This document shows positions 1 through 12,200 of a DNA stretch of 64,000 bases, in pieces. Source of the DNA: an uncultured Chloroflexia bacterium (GTDB taxonomy: Bacteria; Chloroflexota; Anaerolineae; CG2-30-64-16); NCBI GenBank assembly GCA_963774265.1, contig CAVZDU010000001.1, positions 640,001 through 704,000 of the forward strand. The letters run 5' to 3'. The position numbers and the translations under genes are program-made. Numbering within the stretch: position 1 is the stretch's first letter; each line of letters opens with the position of its first letter. A model generated the notes under the pieces. The model made no database searches and was not told the DNA's origin. It was given only the letters and a program-made list of their open reading frames with translations.

Positions 1-7
1 GCTGATC

Positions 8-709
8 GTGTGGCAGTTGCTGAGTTGGCTCCTGCGCACCGAGACGTTCCCGGGTCCGTGGGCGACCGCCCAGGCGTTCGTGGCCGCAATCCCGCGCGGC
101 CTGGCGCGGCACTTTTTGGTGAGCGGCTATCGCGTGATAGCGGGCATCGCCCTCGCCATGCTGGCGGGAGTGCCCTCGGGACTCATGCTAGGCCAAAGTC
201 CGGCGCTCAACCGTTTCTTCTCGCCCATCCTCTACATCACCTACCCCATCCCCAAGATCGTGTTCCTGCCCGTGATCCTCTTACTGTTCGGCATCGGCGA
301 CACGAGCAAAATCGTCATCATCTTCCTGATCCTGTTCTTCCAGATCTTGGTGGTCGTGCGTGACCAGGCGGCCGCGCTGCGGCCCGAGCTGATCTACTCG
401 GTCCGTTCGCTCGGTGCGGGCCGCCGGGCCCTTTTCCGGTTCGTCTACCTGCCCGCCACAGTGCCTGCCGCGCTCACTGCCCTGCGCGTGAGTATCGGTA
501 CAGCCGTGGCGGTGCTTTTCTTTGCCGAGACGTTTGCGACCACGGCCGGCCTCGGCTACTATATCATCGTTGACAGTTGGGGCCGGTTGGCCTATGCGGA
601 CATGTATGCTGGCGTCGCGGCCCTGAGCTTGTTGGGCTTGTTGCTCTATTTTTTGGTCGATCGAGTGGAGCGGTGGTTGGCTCCGTGGATGTTCCTGACT
701 GACGCGTAG
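8..709 (+). CDS. ABC transporter permease, NitT/TauT/SsuC family (probably 5'-truncated by the window edge)
   Basis: Hydrophobic protein with YPIPKIVFLP and EAA-like SVRSLGAGRRALFRFVYLPA motifs. Confidence 0.85.
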   Translation: MWQLLSWLLRTETFPGPWATAQAFVAAIPRGLARHFLVSGYRVIAGIALAMLAGVPSGLMLGQSPALNRFFSPILYITYPIPKIVFLPVILLLFGIGDTSKIVIIFLILFFQILVVVRDQAAALRPELIYSVRSLGAGRRALFRFVYLPATVPAALTALRVSIGTAVAVLFFAETFATTAGLGYYIIVDSWGRLAYADMYAGVAALSLLGLLLYFLVDRVERWLAPWMFLTDA

Positions 710-1438
710 ATGGGTGAGACTGTGGCTGATCCGAATACGGTCCTGCCTCCTCCTGAGGAGAAACGCTCGTACGTCCGGCAGATGTTTACGGATATCGCGC
801 CTCGGTACGACTTGATGAACCGTTTGATGACGTTTGGCCGCGACCAGGTGTGGCGGCGGACCGTCGTGCGGCTCTGCAACTTGCCGCGTGGCGGCAGGCT
901 CCTCGATGTCGCGACCGGCACCGGTGACATCGGTTACGAGGCGCTCAAACAGGACGCGACGACCCGCGTGGTGGGCATGGACCTGACGCGTGAAATGATG
1001 GTGCGGGGACGGGGTAAGGTGGCCGGCTTATCGTTCCCGTTTGCCGAGGGTGACGCCCTTGCGCTGCCCTTCGGCGATGACATGTTTGACGCGGCCACAT
1101 CGGGCTTCATGATGCGCAATGTGACCGACATCCGTCGTGCATTTCAGGAGCAGATGCGTGTGGTCAAGCCAGGCGGTCGCGTGATCTGTCTGGAGATCAC
1201 CTTGCCGAACACGCCGGTGTTTGGCGCGTTGTTTCGCCTCTATTTCTTCAAGATCGTGCCATTCGTCGGTGGGATCATCAGTGGTCAGCGGTCCGCCTAC
1301 ACTTACCTTCCGCATTCGGCGCTCAAATTTCCGCGGCCGGCTGAGCTTGCGCGTATCATGACGTCAGCCGGGCTGCGCGACGTGCGTTACCGCCTCGCCA
1401 TGTTGGGCACGGTAGCGGTGCACTGGGGGACCAAATGA
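710..1438 (+). CDS. ubiE: Menaquinone/ubiquinone methyltransferase UbiE/MenG
   Basis: MFTDIAPRYDLMNRLMTFG, LDVATGTGD and RVVKPGG motifs. Confidence 0.9.
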   Translation: MGETVADPNTVLPPPEEKRSYVRQMFTDIAPRYDLMNRLMTFGRDQVWRRTVVRLCNLPRGGRLLDVATGTGDIGYEALKQDATTRVVGMDLTREMMVRGRGKVAGLSFPFAEGDALALPFGDDMFDAATSGFMMRNVTDIRRAFQEQMRVVKPGGRVICLEITLPNTPVFGALFRLYFFKIVPFVGGIISGQRSAYTYLPHSALKFPRPAELARIMTSAGLRDVRYRLAMLGTVAVHWGTK

Positions 1439-2028
1439 AGCGCTTGATTATCGCCATGTCCGGTGCGTCCGGCCAGATCTACGGCATCCGGCTCCTCGAA
1501 GTACTCAAGGAGGCGCCGGAGATCGAGACGCATCTGGTGATGAGCCAGGCCGCGCGCATGACGATCGTCCAGGAGACCGACTACGATCCGCGTGATGTCG
1601 AGGCGCTTGCCACCGTCTCCTATCGGCCGGGTGACATCGGCGCGGCCATCGCCAGCGGTTCGTATGAGACCGCGGGAATGATCGTCGCGCCTTGCAGCAT
1701 CAAGAGCCTGTCTTCGATTGCGAATAGCATTGGGGATGATCTCATCACCCGCGCCGCCGATGTGCAGATGAAGGAGGGCCGGCCCGTGGTGCTCATGGTG
1801 CGCGAGACGCCGCTGCACCTGGGACATTTGGAGCAGATGGCCCAGGCCGCGCGTATCGGTTACATCATTTTTCCCCCTGTTCCCGCCTTTTACGGCCGCC
1901 CCAAAACGCTGGATGACCTGGTCAATGGCACCGTTGGCCGGGTCCTGGCACGCATCGGGTTCGACAATGACCTCTACACCCGTTGGCTCGGCATGCGAGA
2001 AGCCTCAAAGCAAATATTTCATAGTTGA
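1435..2028 (+). CDS. ubiX: Flavin prenyltransferase UbiX
   Basis: IAMSGASG, IASGS, APCSIKSL, RAADV, RETPL and PAFY motifs; ATGA overlap with ubiE. Confidence 0.93.
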   Translation: MKRLIIAMSGASGQIYGIRLLEVLKEAPEIETHLVMSQAARMTIVQETDYDPRDVEALATVSYRPGDIGAAIASGSYETAGMIVAPCSIKSLSSIANSIGDDLITRAADVQMKEGRPVVLMVRETPLHLGHLEQMAQAARIGYIIFPPVPAFYGRPKTLDDLVNGTVGRVLARIGFDNDLYTRWLGMREASKQIFHS

Positions 2029-2053
2029 CAATCTCCTCATTATCCAGTATATA
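2025..2053 (+). promoter_or_regulatory. Sigma70-type promoter for the 2119 gene
   Basis: TTGACA (2025-2030), 17 nt spacer, TATATA in an AT-rich patch. Confidence 0.55.
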
Positions 2054-2118
2054 GTATATAACTTTCGCCGAAATCGTTGCGAAGGAGACCTCATAACGCG
2101 CATGCGGAGGGTATCGCC

Positions 2119-3354
2119 ATGGCAACACGGAACAGTGGAAAATCCAGTGCAGGCCGCAACGGCGTCGGCAGCCCGGCCAGCGTCACCCCGGTTAGCGAAG
2201 CACAGGTCGACATCGATGCAGAGCTTGCAGCATTATTGGAAAGTGAGACGATTGCAGCGGAAACACCTGAACACGGCGCCCTCCCGAAGGACGAGAAGGT
2301 CCCTGCGGTGGGTGCGACGGGAGCAGACGATGTGCGAGACGTCAGGGCCCCCTTCGGGAGTCAGGCCGTTTCCTCCTCCGGCGCTGGCAGCTATCTCTCA
2401 ACGCTGCCGGAACGTCCGTTGCCGGTCACGCGGCGTTTTGGAGCCATTATTATGGACGCACCCGTGCGATCGACGAGCGGTACAGAGATCGCAACCGGCC
2501 TCCCCGACCCCCGGACGGTGCCGCCGGGGCCTGGCAAGGAGACAGAGGAGAACACTCCCCTGCCTGCCGTCGTCATCCGCACTGAGGACCAGAAGTCGAG
2601 CGTCATCAAGCGGCTGGACACGGTGCGCGATACGGAATGGCAGCGGAAATTCCACGCGCAGATCGACCAGCTCTACAAGCAGCTATCTGAGGAATACAGC
2701 ACACCGCCGGATATCGCCCAGAAGTTGCTGGGCATGCTCCGCGAGGCGCGTCAGTTGATGATCGATACGCCCGAGGAGTTTGGCAATGCGGAGTACCGGG
2801 TGATGCAGGTGGCAACCTCGATCGCACGCCGCCGTCAGAGCCGCAGCCAGGCTCGTTTCTTTGGTCCCTGGTTGTTCCTGTATCTGTCGTTTTGGCTTGC
2901 GGTTTTCGTCGCCGGGTTGCTGTTCGCCAACCAGGTGACCGACTATGTGCGCCTGTGGAGCCGGATTTCCGAGCCGCAGTTAGCAAATCTGGACCCCATC
3001 TTCAATACGATGCTCTGGGGCGGCATCGGCGGTGTAGTTGGCGCTATGTACGCGTTGTGGTACCACATCGCGGACCGGCAAGACTTCGACAAGCACTACA
3101 GCATGTGGTATCACGTGCAGCCACTGATGGGGTTGGTGCTCGGCGCGATCACCTTCCTGATTCTGGCAGGTGGGTTCCTGGTCGTCCAGGTCAACCTGGC
3201 AGATGCCAACGCCAGCACCGGCGCACGCCTCATCCCCTACCTGGTCGCAGTGCTTGCCGGGTTCAAGCAGGATTTCGTCTACGAACAGCTTGAGCGCGTC
3301 GTTTCGATTTTCGCGCCCGGCTCGGCAAAGACGGAGTCTTCGGAAATGAAGTAA
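2119..3354 (+). CDS. Hypothetical membrane protein: disordered N-terminus, helical middle, about 4 C-terminal TM helices
   Basis: GGAGG upstream of ATG 2119; TM segments containing WGGIGG, WYHVQPLMG and LAGF. Confidence 0.75.
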   Translation: MATRNSGKSSAGRNGVGSPASVTPVSEAQVDIDAELAALLESETIAAETPEHGALPKDEKVPAVGATGADDVRDVRAPFGSQAVSSSGAGSYLSTLPERPLPVTRRFGAIIMDAPVRSTSGTEIATGLPDPRTVPPGPGKETEENTPLPAVVIRTEDQKSSVIKRLDTVRDTEWQRKFHAQIDQLYKQLSEEYSTPPDIAQKLLGMLREARQLMIDTPEEFGNAEYRVMQVATSIARRRQSRSQARFFGPWLFLYLSFWLAVFVAGLLFANQVTDYVRLWSRISEPQLANLDPIFNTMLWGGIGGVVGAMYALWYHIADRQDFDKHYSMWYHVQPLMGLVLGAITFLILAGGFLVVQVNLADANASTGARLIPYLVAVLAGFKQDFVYEQLERVVSIFAPGSAKTESSEMK

Positions 3355-3359
3355 CTCCT

Positions 3360-3431
3360 ACCACGAAGACATCAAGACACCAAGTCCACCAAGAAGTCCA
3401 GTGGTGCTTCGTGTCCTGGAGTCTTCGTGGT
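3360..3431. repeat. Intergenic inverted repeat (REP-like or bidirectional terminator)
   Basis: ACCACGAAGAC (3360-3370) and GTCTTCGTGGT (3421-3431) with further imperfect inner pairing, between convergent genes. Confidence 0.6.
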
Positions 3432-3802
3432 TAATCCTCGTCCCAGATGACCTCGGTCACGGAATACGCGGGTGCGCAAGTGACGATGAGCACCAGGTCC
3501 TCCGGTCCATCGGCCCACACCTTGTGCCGCTGCCCGGGCCGAATAATGACCGTGTCCCCTGGCTGTACAGCCCGCGTCTCGTCGTCCACGCGAATCCGGC
3601 CCGCGCCCGATCGCACGAAATACACCTCATCCGCCACAGTGTGGTGGTGTTCGACGGTCGACATGCCGGCCGGGTGGGTGATGATCGCCAGGCTGTGGCT
3701 GTTCAGCCCGGTGCTCCGGCCGCCTACTTCTCGTATGCGCGCCCCATCCGCGCCGACAAACTCGGGCACGTCCGCCTGGCTTCGAAATACACCCGCGCTC
3801 AT
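3431..3802 (-). CDS. Cupin domain protein
   Basis: [16 protein letters not shown] and PGQRHKV cupin motifs; start overlaps the murA stop. Confidence 0.85.
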   Translation of the reverse strand: MSAGVFRSQADVPEFVGADGARIREVGGRSTGLNSHSLAIITHPAGMSTVEHHHTVADEVYFVRSGAGRIRVDDETRAVQPGDTVIIRPGQRHKVWADGPEDLVLIVTCAPAYSVTEVIWDED

Positions 3803-5085
3803 ATCTGCACACGTGTTATCTGCGCGCCCAGCGCCTGGAGCTTGTGGTCGATGTCCTGATAACCCCGGTCGATCTGGCCCACGTTGGCGATGGTGCTCTC
3901 TCCGCGAGCCGCCAGAGCGGCGATCAACAGGGCCATCCCCGCGCGGATGTCGGGGCTGGAAAGCTCCTGACCATGCAGCGGTGATGGGCCGACAATGACC
4001 GCCCGGTGCGGGTCGCACAGGATGATTTTTGCACCCATGCCGATGAGCTTATCCACGAAGTAGAGCCTGCTCTCGAACATCTTCTCGTGCAACAGAATGG
4101 TGCCGTGCGCCTGGGTGGCCACGATGAGAGCGATGCTCATCAGGTCCGCGGGGAACTGCGGCCACGGTGCGTCGTCGATCTTGGGCACCGCGCCACCCAG
4201 GTCCTCGCGGATCGACAGGTCCTGCTCGTCTGCGACAATGAGGGTGTCACCCTCAACGCGCAAGCGCACCCCCAGCCGCTCCCGGAACGTCCAGTTGATC
4301 ATGCGCATGTGCTCCGGCACAATGCCATGTATGCGGATCTCGCCGCGCGTGACTGCACCCAGGCCGAGGAAGCTGCCCACCTCGAGGTAATCGGGTGAAA
4401 TGGTGAAGTCGCCGCCGCCCAGCCGGTCCACACCGTGGATGATGATGGCGTTCGTGCCTACGCCATCGATGTGGGCGCCGATGCAGTTGAGCATGTTGCA
4501 CAGGTCCTGCACATGTGGTTCACACGCCGCGTTGCGGATGATCGTAACACCCTTGGCCAGCACAGCCGCCATGACTGCATTCTCGGTGCCGGTGACGCTG
4601 GCCTCATCCAGCATGATGTCTGCCCCGAGCAGGCCACCGGGCGCGCGCATGGTGAAGTCCTTGGTATTGAAGTCGACTTCGGCGCCCAGCGACTGCAGCG
4701 CCAGCATGTGCGTGTCGACCCGGCGTCTGCCGATGCGGTCACCGCCGGGGATTGGCAAGACGGCCTGCCCGAACCTCCCGAGCAGCGGCCCGGCCAGAAG
4801 CATCGAGCCGCGGATTTGTTGAAACAGCTCGGGCCTCGGCCGTTCAAACCGCGCATTTTCCGCGCACAGACGCACCGTTGCGCCTTCGTCTTTCACCGTC
4901 ACGCCCATGTCCGCAAGCAACTGGAGCATGGTGCCCACGTCGCCGATGCGCGGCACGTTCCGCAGGATAACTTCACCTTCGGTCAGGAACACGGCGGCCA
5001 GGAGAGGCAGGGCCGCGTTCTTGTTGCCTGCCGGCGTCACGTCGCCGGCCAGGGGATGTCCGCCCTCGATGACGAATTTCTCCAT
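3799..5085 (-). CDS. murA: UDP-N-acetylglucosamine 1-carboxyvinyltransferase (Asp at the Cys115 position)
   Basis: [41 protein letters not shown] and IDRGY motifs. Confidence 0.95.
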   Translation of the reverse strand: MEKFVIEGGHPLAGDVTPAGNKNAALPLLAAVFLTEGEVILRNVPRIGDVGTMLQLLADMGVTVKDEGATVRLCAENARFERPRPELFQQIRGSMLLAGPLLGRFGQAVLPIPGGDRIGRRRVDTHMLALQSLGAEVDFNTKDFTMRAPGGLLGADIMLDEASVTGTENAVMAAVLAKGVTIIRNAACEPHVQDLCNMLNCIGAHIDGVGTNAIIIHGVDRLGGGDFTISPDYLEVGSFLGLGAVTRGEIRIHGIVPEHMRMINWTFRERLGVRLRVEGDTLIVADEQDLSIREDLGGAVPKIDDAPWPQFPADLMSIALIVATQAHGTILLHEKMFESRLYFVDKLIGMGAKIILCDPHRAVIVGPSPLHGQELSSPDIRAGMALLIAALAARGESTIANVGQIDRGYQDIDHKLQALGAQITRVQI

Positions 5086-5096
5086 GGGTTGCTCCT

Positions 5097-5870
5097 TTAG
5101 CTGATCCACAATCTAAGCTGCGCACCGGCGCGTACACCGAGGAGCTGGGCTGCATTGCCTTCACGGACGGCGATCTCCGCGGTGCCGTTGCTGCTGATGA
5201 CGAAGAGTAGTTCCCCGGGTTCTGTCGTGGCGTAGGCCTGGCTGGGCCCTGAGATGCGTTCGCCGCCCACCTCGCAGGTCCAGATCGCATCGCCGAACCA
5301 GCTGGCTGGGATATTGCTGATCAGGTTGCCGAAGCGGTCTACGTGGATGACGTGTCCATGAATCTCGCCGTTCCCCAATCGGCCGGCCATCAGCCGTGGA
5401 CGGCGCACAGGGTCATCGATGCGTGTGCCAAGCTGCGCCGGGCCCACGCCACGAGCTCGATGTGCGGCGACAGGCGCGAAGATGTCGCGGCCGTGAAATG
5501 TACGGCTGATCTCAGGCAGCCAGAAAGCGGATCGATCGAGCGCCCAGGCCTGCGCGCCGGGTTCGTTCAGGACAAACGAGAAGATGCCGTTGTCGGGCCC
5601 GACAAAGGACGCTCGCGCTATGGTGACCAGCAGGGGGCGCCGATCGCTTCCAACGCCCGGGTCCACGATGACCAGGTGCACTGTGCCGTCCGGAAAGAAG
5701 GGGACCGCGCTCCTGAGCGTGTACGCGGCCTCATCGATGTCTTGCGGGGGGATGTCGTGGCCCAAGTCCACCAGTTGCGCGTCGGGCGCGATGCCGAGAA
5801 TGACGCCCTTCATGATGCCCACGTAAGGGTCCAGCAGACCGAAGTCACTCGTCAGGGTGATGATCGTCAT
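5097..5870 (-). CDS. SAM hydroxide adenosyltransferase / chlorinase-like protein (DUF62)
   Basis: [30 protein letters not shown] and HVDRFGNL motifs. Confidence 0.9.
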   Translation of the reverse strand: MTIITLTSDFGLLDPYVGIMKGVILGIAPDAQLVDLGHDIPPQDIDEAAYTLRSAVPFFPDGTVHLVIVDPGVGSDRRPLLVTIARASFVGPDNGIFSFVLNEPGAQAWALDRSAFWLPEISRTFHGRDIFAPVAAHRARGVGPAQLGTRIDDPVRRPRLMAGRLGNGEIHGHVIHVDRFGNLISNIPASWFGDAIWTCEVGGERISGPSQAYATTEPGELLFVISSNGTAEIAVREGNAAQLLGVRAGAQLRLWIS

Positions 5871-5882
5871 AGCTTAAACAGG

Positions 5883-5911
5883 ATTATACCATTTCGTTTT
5901 TGCGTCGTCAA
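5883..5911 (-). promoter_or_regulatory. Sigma70 promoter for the DUF62-murA-cupin operon
   Basis: Minus strand TTGACG, 17 nt spacer, TATAAT preceded by TGn. Confidence 0.7.
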
Positions 5912-6015
5912 TCCGCCATTTCTGAGCCTCCGGATCAAACATGCGTGCTATCCCGGGGCCGATAAAGCGCAGCCGAAGTTTAAGAAATCACAGGAGTTAT
6001 GGTAAAATAGTTCGG

Positions 6016-7138
6016 ATGAAAGCTAGAGCGATTCCGCGCACCGGTATTATCGATGCAATGGCAACAGGCCTGAACGAAGCCGCGCGGCGGCCATGGCTGT
6101 GGATTGTACCGTTCCTGGTGGACCTGGCCCTGTGGCTGGCGCCGAAGTTTTCGATTGCTGTGTTGACCGAGCAACTGATGTCGGCTTGGAAAGCGATGTT
6201 GCCGCTGGTCTATACCGCGGATCAAATGGCTCGCGTCCAAGAGGGCATCGACTTGGTGCAGACGGGTATGATCGAGGTGGGCAAGAGCATCAACCTGGGC
6301 GCTGTGTTGACAGCCGGCTGGCTTGCGCCGCCGAGTGCACTGGCCTCGATGCAGTCCACGCGCTGATTTGTTGATCAGCGACGCGGTGCTTGCTCCGCTC
6401 AGTTTGGGATTCCAGGTCAAGCCCCTCGATCCCTCACCATGGCAGGGCAACGCGCTTCAGGTCGGTTCGGTTCTCGGCGTCGTCGCTATTGTCATTGTGC
6501 TGTGGATCATCGGCCACCTCTTGACGGCGCTGTATTTTCGCATCATCGCACACAGCCAGCCAAGGGGACAGACGGCCGAGGCGTACGGCGCGTTACCTGC
6601 ATCCCGGCAGCCGGTGGCGGAAAGCCAGAGGAGATTGCTCGACGGTTGGCTGCCTTTGGCCGGTCGTTTTGCAGTCGTAAGCCTGTTTGCCTCGGTTGTG
6701 ACGTTTTTCTTGCGGATCCCGTTGGCGCTGGTCACGGCGTTGGCGGTTTTCTCGAACAGCGCCGTCGCGCAGGTCCTGTTCATGCTGACGGGTGGCATCA
6801 CCTTGTGGTTGACTACGTGGTTTTTGAGTGCGCTATACTTTGTCGGCGATGCCCTGGCCTTCGAACATCAGCCCTTGTCGGTCAGTCTGGCGCAGAGTCT
6901 CATCCTGGCGCGGAGCAATGGTTTCAGGGTGTTGGCCCTGGCGACGGTGGTTAATCTGTTGATGCTTGGGGCACGCGGAGTGTGGGGACTCGTTGGCAGC
7001 AACCCCGCCGGCGCGGTGTTGGCGATCATCATCAACAGTTACCTTGCGACGGCCATGGTCATCGGTATTTATGCCTATTATAAGGACATCCGCCGGCACT
7101 GGCAGGCTGCCCAGGTGAGCCGGCAGGTAAGCAAGTAA
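6016..7138 (+). CDS. Hypothetical integral membrane protein (one frameshift near 6360, likely sequencing error)
   Basis: ORFs 5941-6366 and 6323-7138 join into one multi-TM protein; TGnTAAAAT lies just upstream of ATG 6016. Confidence 0.7.
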
Positions 7139-7159
7139 GGAAAATCCAGGAGTTCTAAC

Positions 7160-9179
<2,020 letters not shown>

Positions 9180-9388
9180 TAGACCTGACTCCCTGCCCCA
9201 CCCCTCCTCCATCACCGGCCTGTATTCGGTCCACAAGCACCAGTGTCATGAAGAGTGAAATGATCTGGCAAGCGTCTCGTTAGCGAGCTCGCCGATCAGC
9301 CTGAACGACTACCCTAAGCGTTGGGCTGGCCACGCAGCTACACCAACATGACGCATGTCATAGCCAAGCCCGTGGAGCAGTAGTATAA

Positions 9389-9408
9389 ATATGCAGTAAT
9401 CTCTATAT
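9389..9408 (+). promoter_or_regulatory. Putative ArsR operator/promoter
   Basis: Imperfect dyad ATATGCAG-TAAT-CTCTATAT in an AT-rich patch directly upstream of arsR. Confidence 0.45.
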
Positions 9409-9422
9409 AGAGGGCTCCGCAT

Positions 9423-9773
9423 ATGGATACATATCACAACCAGGCCAAATTGCTGAAGCTGCTGGCGCATCCCATGCGCCTGCAAATTCTTAGACAGGTG
9501 CGCCGCTCGGACGAGTGCGTCTGTCACCTGTCAGCCGTCCTCGACAAGCCCCAACCCTACGTTTCCCAACAGCTCGCCATCCTGCGCGAAGCCGGTCTGA
9601 TCGTCGACCACAGAGACGGCACCAACGTTTTCTACGGGCTGGACGGCGGGAGCTGCGCGCAAATGCTTAACGAAGTCCTCAGCGCACTGTTCGTCGATGA
9701 TGGGACTGACCTGTCACCCGTACACGAGCGGGTCGCGGGCTGCTGTTGTCCCAAGTGCCTCGCTGAGTCTTGA
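9423..9773 (+). CDS. arsR: ArsR/SmtB family repressor
   Basis: LAHPMRLQIL, ECVCHL and VSQQLAILREAGL motifs; C-terminal CCCPKC. Confidence 0.9.
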   Translation: MDTYHNQAKLLKLLAHPMRLQILRQVRRSDECVCHLSAVLDKPQPYVSQQLAILREAGLIVDHRDGTNVFYGLDGGSCAQMLNEVLSALFVDDGTDLSPVHERVAGCCCPKCLAES

Positions 9774-9836
9774 TCGCCTGGCATCCGTATGATGTCAGCT
9801 CTCACCATTCTGTTTATACCCAAGGAGATTTCACCC

Positions 9837-10097
9837 ATGGCCCTGCACATCAAAATCCTCGGTGGCGGCTGCGCCAACTGCGACCGGCTCGCGCAGAACA
9901 CCAAACAGGCCGTCGCCCAACTGGGCGTTGAGGCCACCTTCGAGAAGAGCGGCGACTACGCGGAATACGAGCGCTACGGACTGCTCGCTACGCCCGGGCT
10001 CGTCGCGAACGACCGGCTTCTCAGTGGCGGCCGCGTGCCCTCGCCGGCGCAAATCGTCACGCTCCTGGCCAACGTCCTAGCCGCTGAAACGGAATAG
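9837..10097 (+). CDS. Small thioredoxin-family redox-active disulfide protein (MTH895-like)
   Basis: IKILGGGCANC and TPGLV motifs; AAGGAG RBS. Confidence 0.88.
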   Translation: MALHIKILGGGCANCDRLAQNTKQAVAQLGVEATFEKSGDYAEYERYGLLATPGLVANDRLLSGGRVPSPAQIVTLLANVLAAETE

Positions 10098-10133
10098 ACG
10101 CACTCATTTAGACAGACAAGGAGATTCTTTCCC

Positions 10134-11282
10134 ATGTCGCACTCCGCTGAAGCCACCATTGCCCCTGTCGCACCAAAACGACTCTCGACGCTGGATCGTT
10201 TCCTGACCCTGTGGATTTTCCTCGCAATGGCCGTCGGCGTCGCCATCGGCTACCTGATTCCCGGCGTGGAAGCCTTCATCAATCGCTTCCAGGTCGGCTC
10301 CACCAACATCCCGATCGCCATCGGTCTGATCCTGATGATGTACCCGCCCTTCGCCAAGGTGAAGTATGAGCGGCTGCCCGAGGTCTTTCGCAACGTCAAG
10401 GTGCTGGGCATCTCGCTGCTGCAGAACTGGATCATCGGCCCGATCCTTATGTTCGTGTTGGCCATTGTTTTCCTGCGCAACTTCCCTGAATACATGATCG
10501 GCCTCATCCTGATCGGCCTGGCCCGCTGCATCGCGATGGTCATCGTCTGGAATGAGCTGGCCAAGGGTGACACCGAATACGCGGCCGGGCTCGTGGCGTT
10601 CAACAGCGTGTTCCAGGTGCTCTTCTACAGCGTCTATGCGTACATCTTTATCACCGTGCTGCCGCAAGCGCTCGGCCTGGAGAGCGCAGTGGTCAAGATC
10701 AGCATCGGCGAACTGGCCAAGACCGTCTTTATCTACCTGGGAATCCCCATGATCGCCGGTTTCGCCTCGCGCTTCTTCCTGCTGCGCGTGAAGGGACGGG
10801 AATGGTACGAGAAGAAGTTCATTCCGCGCATCAGCCCACTCACGCTGATCGCCCTGCTGTTCACGATCCTGGTGATGTTCAGCCTGAAGGGCAATCTGAT
10901 CGTGCAGCTCCCGTTGGATGTGGTGCGTATCGCGATCCCGTTGGTGATCTACTTCGTGATCATGTTCCTGGTCAGCTTCTGGATCGGCCACCGTGCGGGC
11001 GCGGACTACCGCATGACCACCACCATGGCCTTCACAGCGGCCAGCAACAACTTTGAACTTGCGATTGCTGTGGCAGTCGCCGTATTCGGCATCGGATCGG
11101 GCGTGGCGTTCGCTGCGGTCATCGGTCCGCTGATCGAGGTGCCGGTGATGATCGGGCTGGTCAACGTCGCGTTCGCGCTCCAGCGGCGGTGGTTCAAGCA
11201 TGAGCTGGTCACTGCACCCACGGGTCTGGTCGCTGCGGCTGAAGAGGCCTGCCTGCCACCGGTCAAGGCTAAGGGCTCTTGA
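10134..11282 (+). CDS. acr3: Arsenite efflux transporter Acr3
   Basis: [37 protein letters not shown] and GPLIEVP motifs. Confidence 0.96.
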   Translation: MSHSAEATIAPVAPKRLSTLDRFLTLWIFLAMAVGVAIGYLIPGVEAFINRFQVGSTNIPIAIGLILMMYPPFAKVKYERLPEVFRNVKVLGISLLQNWIIGPILMFVLAIVFLRNFPEYMIGLILIGLARCIAMVIVWNELAKGDTEYAAGLVAFNSVFQVLFYSVYAYIFITVLPQALGLESAVVKISIGELAKTVFIYLGIPMIAGFASRFFLLRVKGREWYEKKFIPRISPLTLIALLFTILVMFSLKGNLIVQLPLDVVRIAIPLVIYFVIMFLVSFWIGHRAGADYRMTTTMAFTAASNNFELAIAVAVAVFGIGSGVAFAAVIGPLIEVPVMIGLVNVAFALQRRWFKHELVTAPTGLVAAAEEACLPPVKAKGS

Positions 11283-11293
11283 AAACAAGTCCT

Positions 11294-11326
11294 ACGTGCC
11301 TGGCGTTTCGCAAACGCCAGGCACGT
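11294..11326. repeat. Perfect hairpin after acr3 (REP-like or terminator)
   Basis: ACGTGCCTGGCGTTT-CGC-AAACGCCAGGCACGT, 15 bp stem. Confidence 0.7.
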
Positions 11327-11340
11327 GAGCGAGGTTGAGC

Positions 11341-11621
11341 ATGCCGAGCACCGTGGGCCTGGGCCAGGCCATCCGAGAGGCGGCAGCCGGCCAGTATGTC
11401 ACTGCCCCCTGGCGCTGGACTTCGCGTCGGTGAGCAACGTGGCGCCCCACACACCCGACATGGCCGCCGAGATGCTGTGGGGCGGTGCGGCCTGGGCAGC
11501 CAGCTTCCCGGATCGTGCTGTGTCCTTGATCGGGTTCGCTGACGGATGGAAATCGAGTACGCTCGCCGTGGCGGAGCTCCCGAGGCTTCAATCCCGACCT
11601 GCGAGGAGTGCATCATGCTGA
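11341..11621 (+). CDS. Possible small hypothetical protein (needs one frameshift)
   Basis: GAGG then ATG 11341 reads MPSTVGLGQAIREAAAGQYVTAP and joins the frame LALDFASVSNV...; no recognisable motif. Confidence 0.3.
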
Positions 11622-12160
11622 TTGAGCACTATGATGTGGAAATCTTCACGCCGCCCTGCGAGCCGGGCGCAGAACGTTTCTCAGCGCGCGCCCGATTGCT
11701 GATCGACATCTCGGAGGCGCTACCCTATCTCAATGCCACGTTGCGTGGGGCAGTGTACACCCAAGCGGCCGCCGCGCTGACCTGGAAGAAGGGCGGCCAC
11801 AACATCGCCTTCCACGCCTACGAGATCGCCACCAGCAACGTGGAAGACCGCGACGCGGCCATCGCCGAGCTCGAGGGCCTGGTGGACCTGGTCAATCGCA
11901 CGTGGGAGCGCCGCGCCGAGATCACGCCCGACCACGCCCTGCACCAGAGACCCACGGCTATGGCACTGTACAAGCTGCTGCCGGGCACCAATTGCCGGCT
12001 ATGCGGCCAGCCCTCTTGCTGGAACTTTGGCCTGAAGTTAGCCGCGGCTCAGGTCGAGCTGGCCACGTGCCCGCCGCTGGGTGAGCCGGCCTACGCCGAA
12101 CGGCTGGCCGCGTTGGTGGCGCTGCTCGTGCCAATGCCGGCCATCGGGCCCCGGGACTAA
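11615..12160 (+). CDS. (Fe-S)-binding protein with a C-terminal putative 4Fe-4S domain (PF04060-like), copy 1
   Basis: LPGTNCRLCGQPSCWNF...CPPL; N-terminal PPCEPG. Confidence 0.85.
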   Translation: MLIEHYDVEIFTPPCEPGAERFSARARLLIDISEALPYLNATLRGAVYTQAAAALTWKKGGHNIAFHAYEIATSNVEDRDAAIAELEGLVDLVNRTWERRAEITPDHALHQRPTAMALYKLLPGTNCRLCGQPSCWNFGLKLAAAQVELATCPPLGEPAYAERLAALVALLVPMPAIGPRD

Positions 12161-12200
12161 CATCACAGGTCGAGAAAGGCTCACGACAGAGGTAAGCATC

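Noticed and set aside
5097-5870. Fluorinase or chlorinase for halometabolite synthesis
   Set aside because: The DUF62-type FHGRD motif is present and there is no biosynthetic cluster context.
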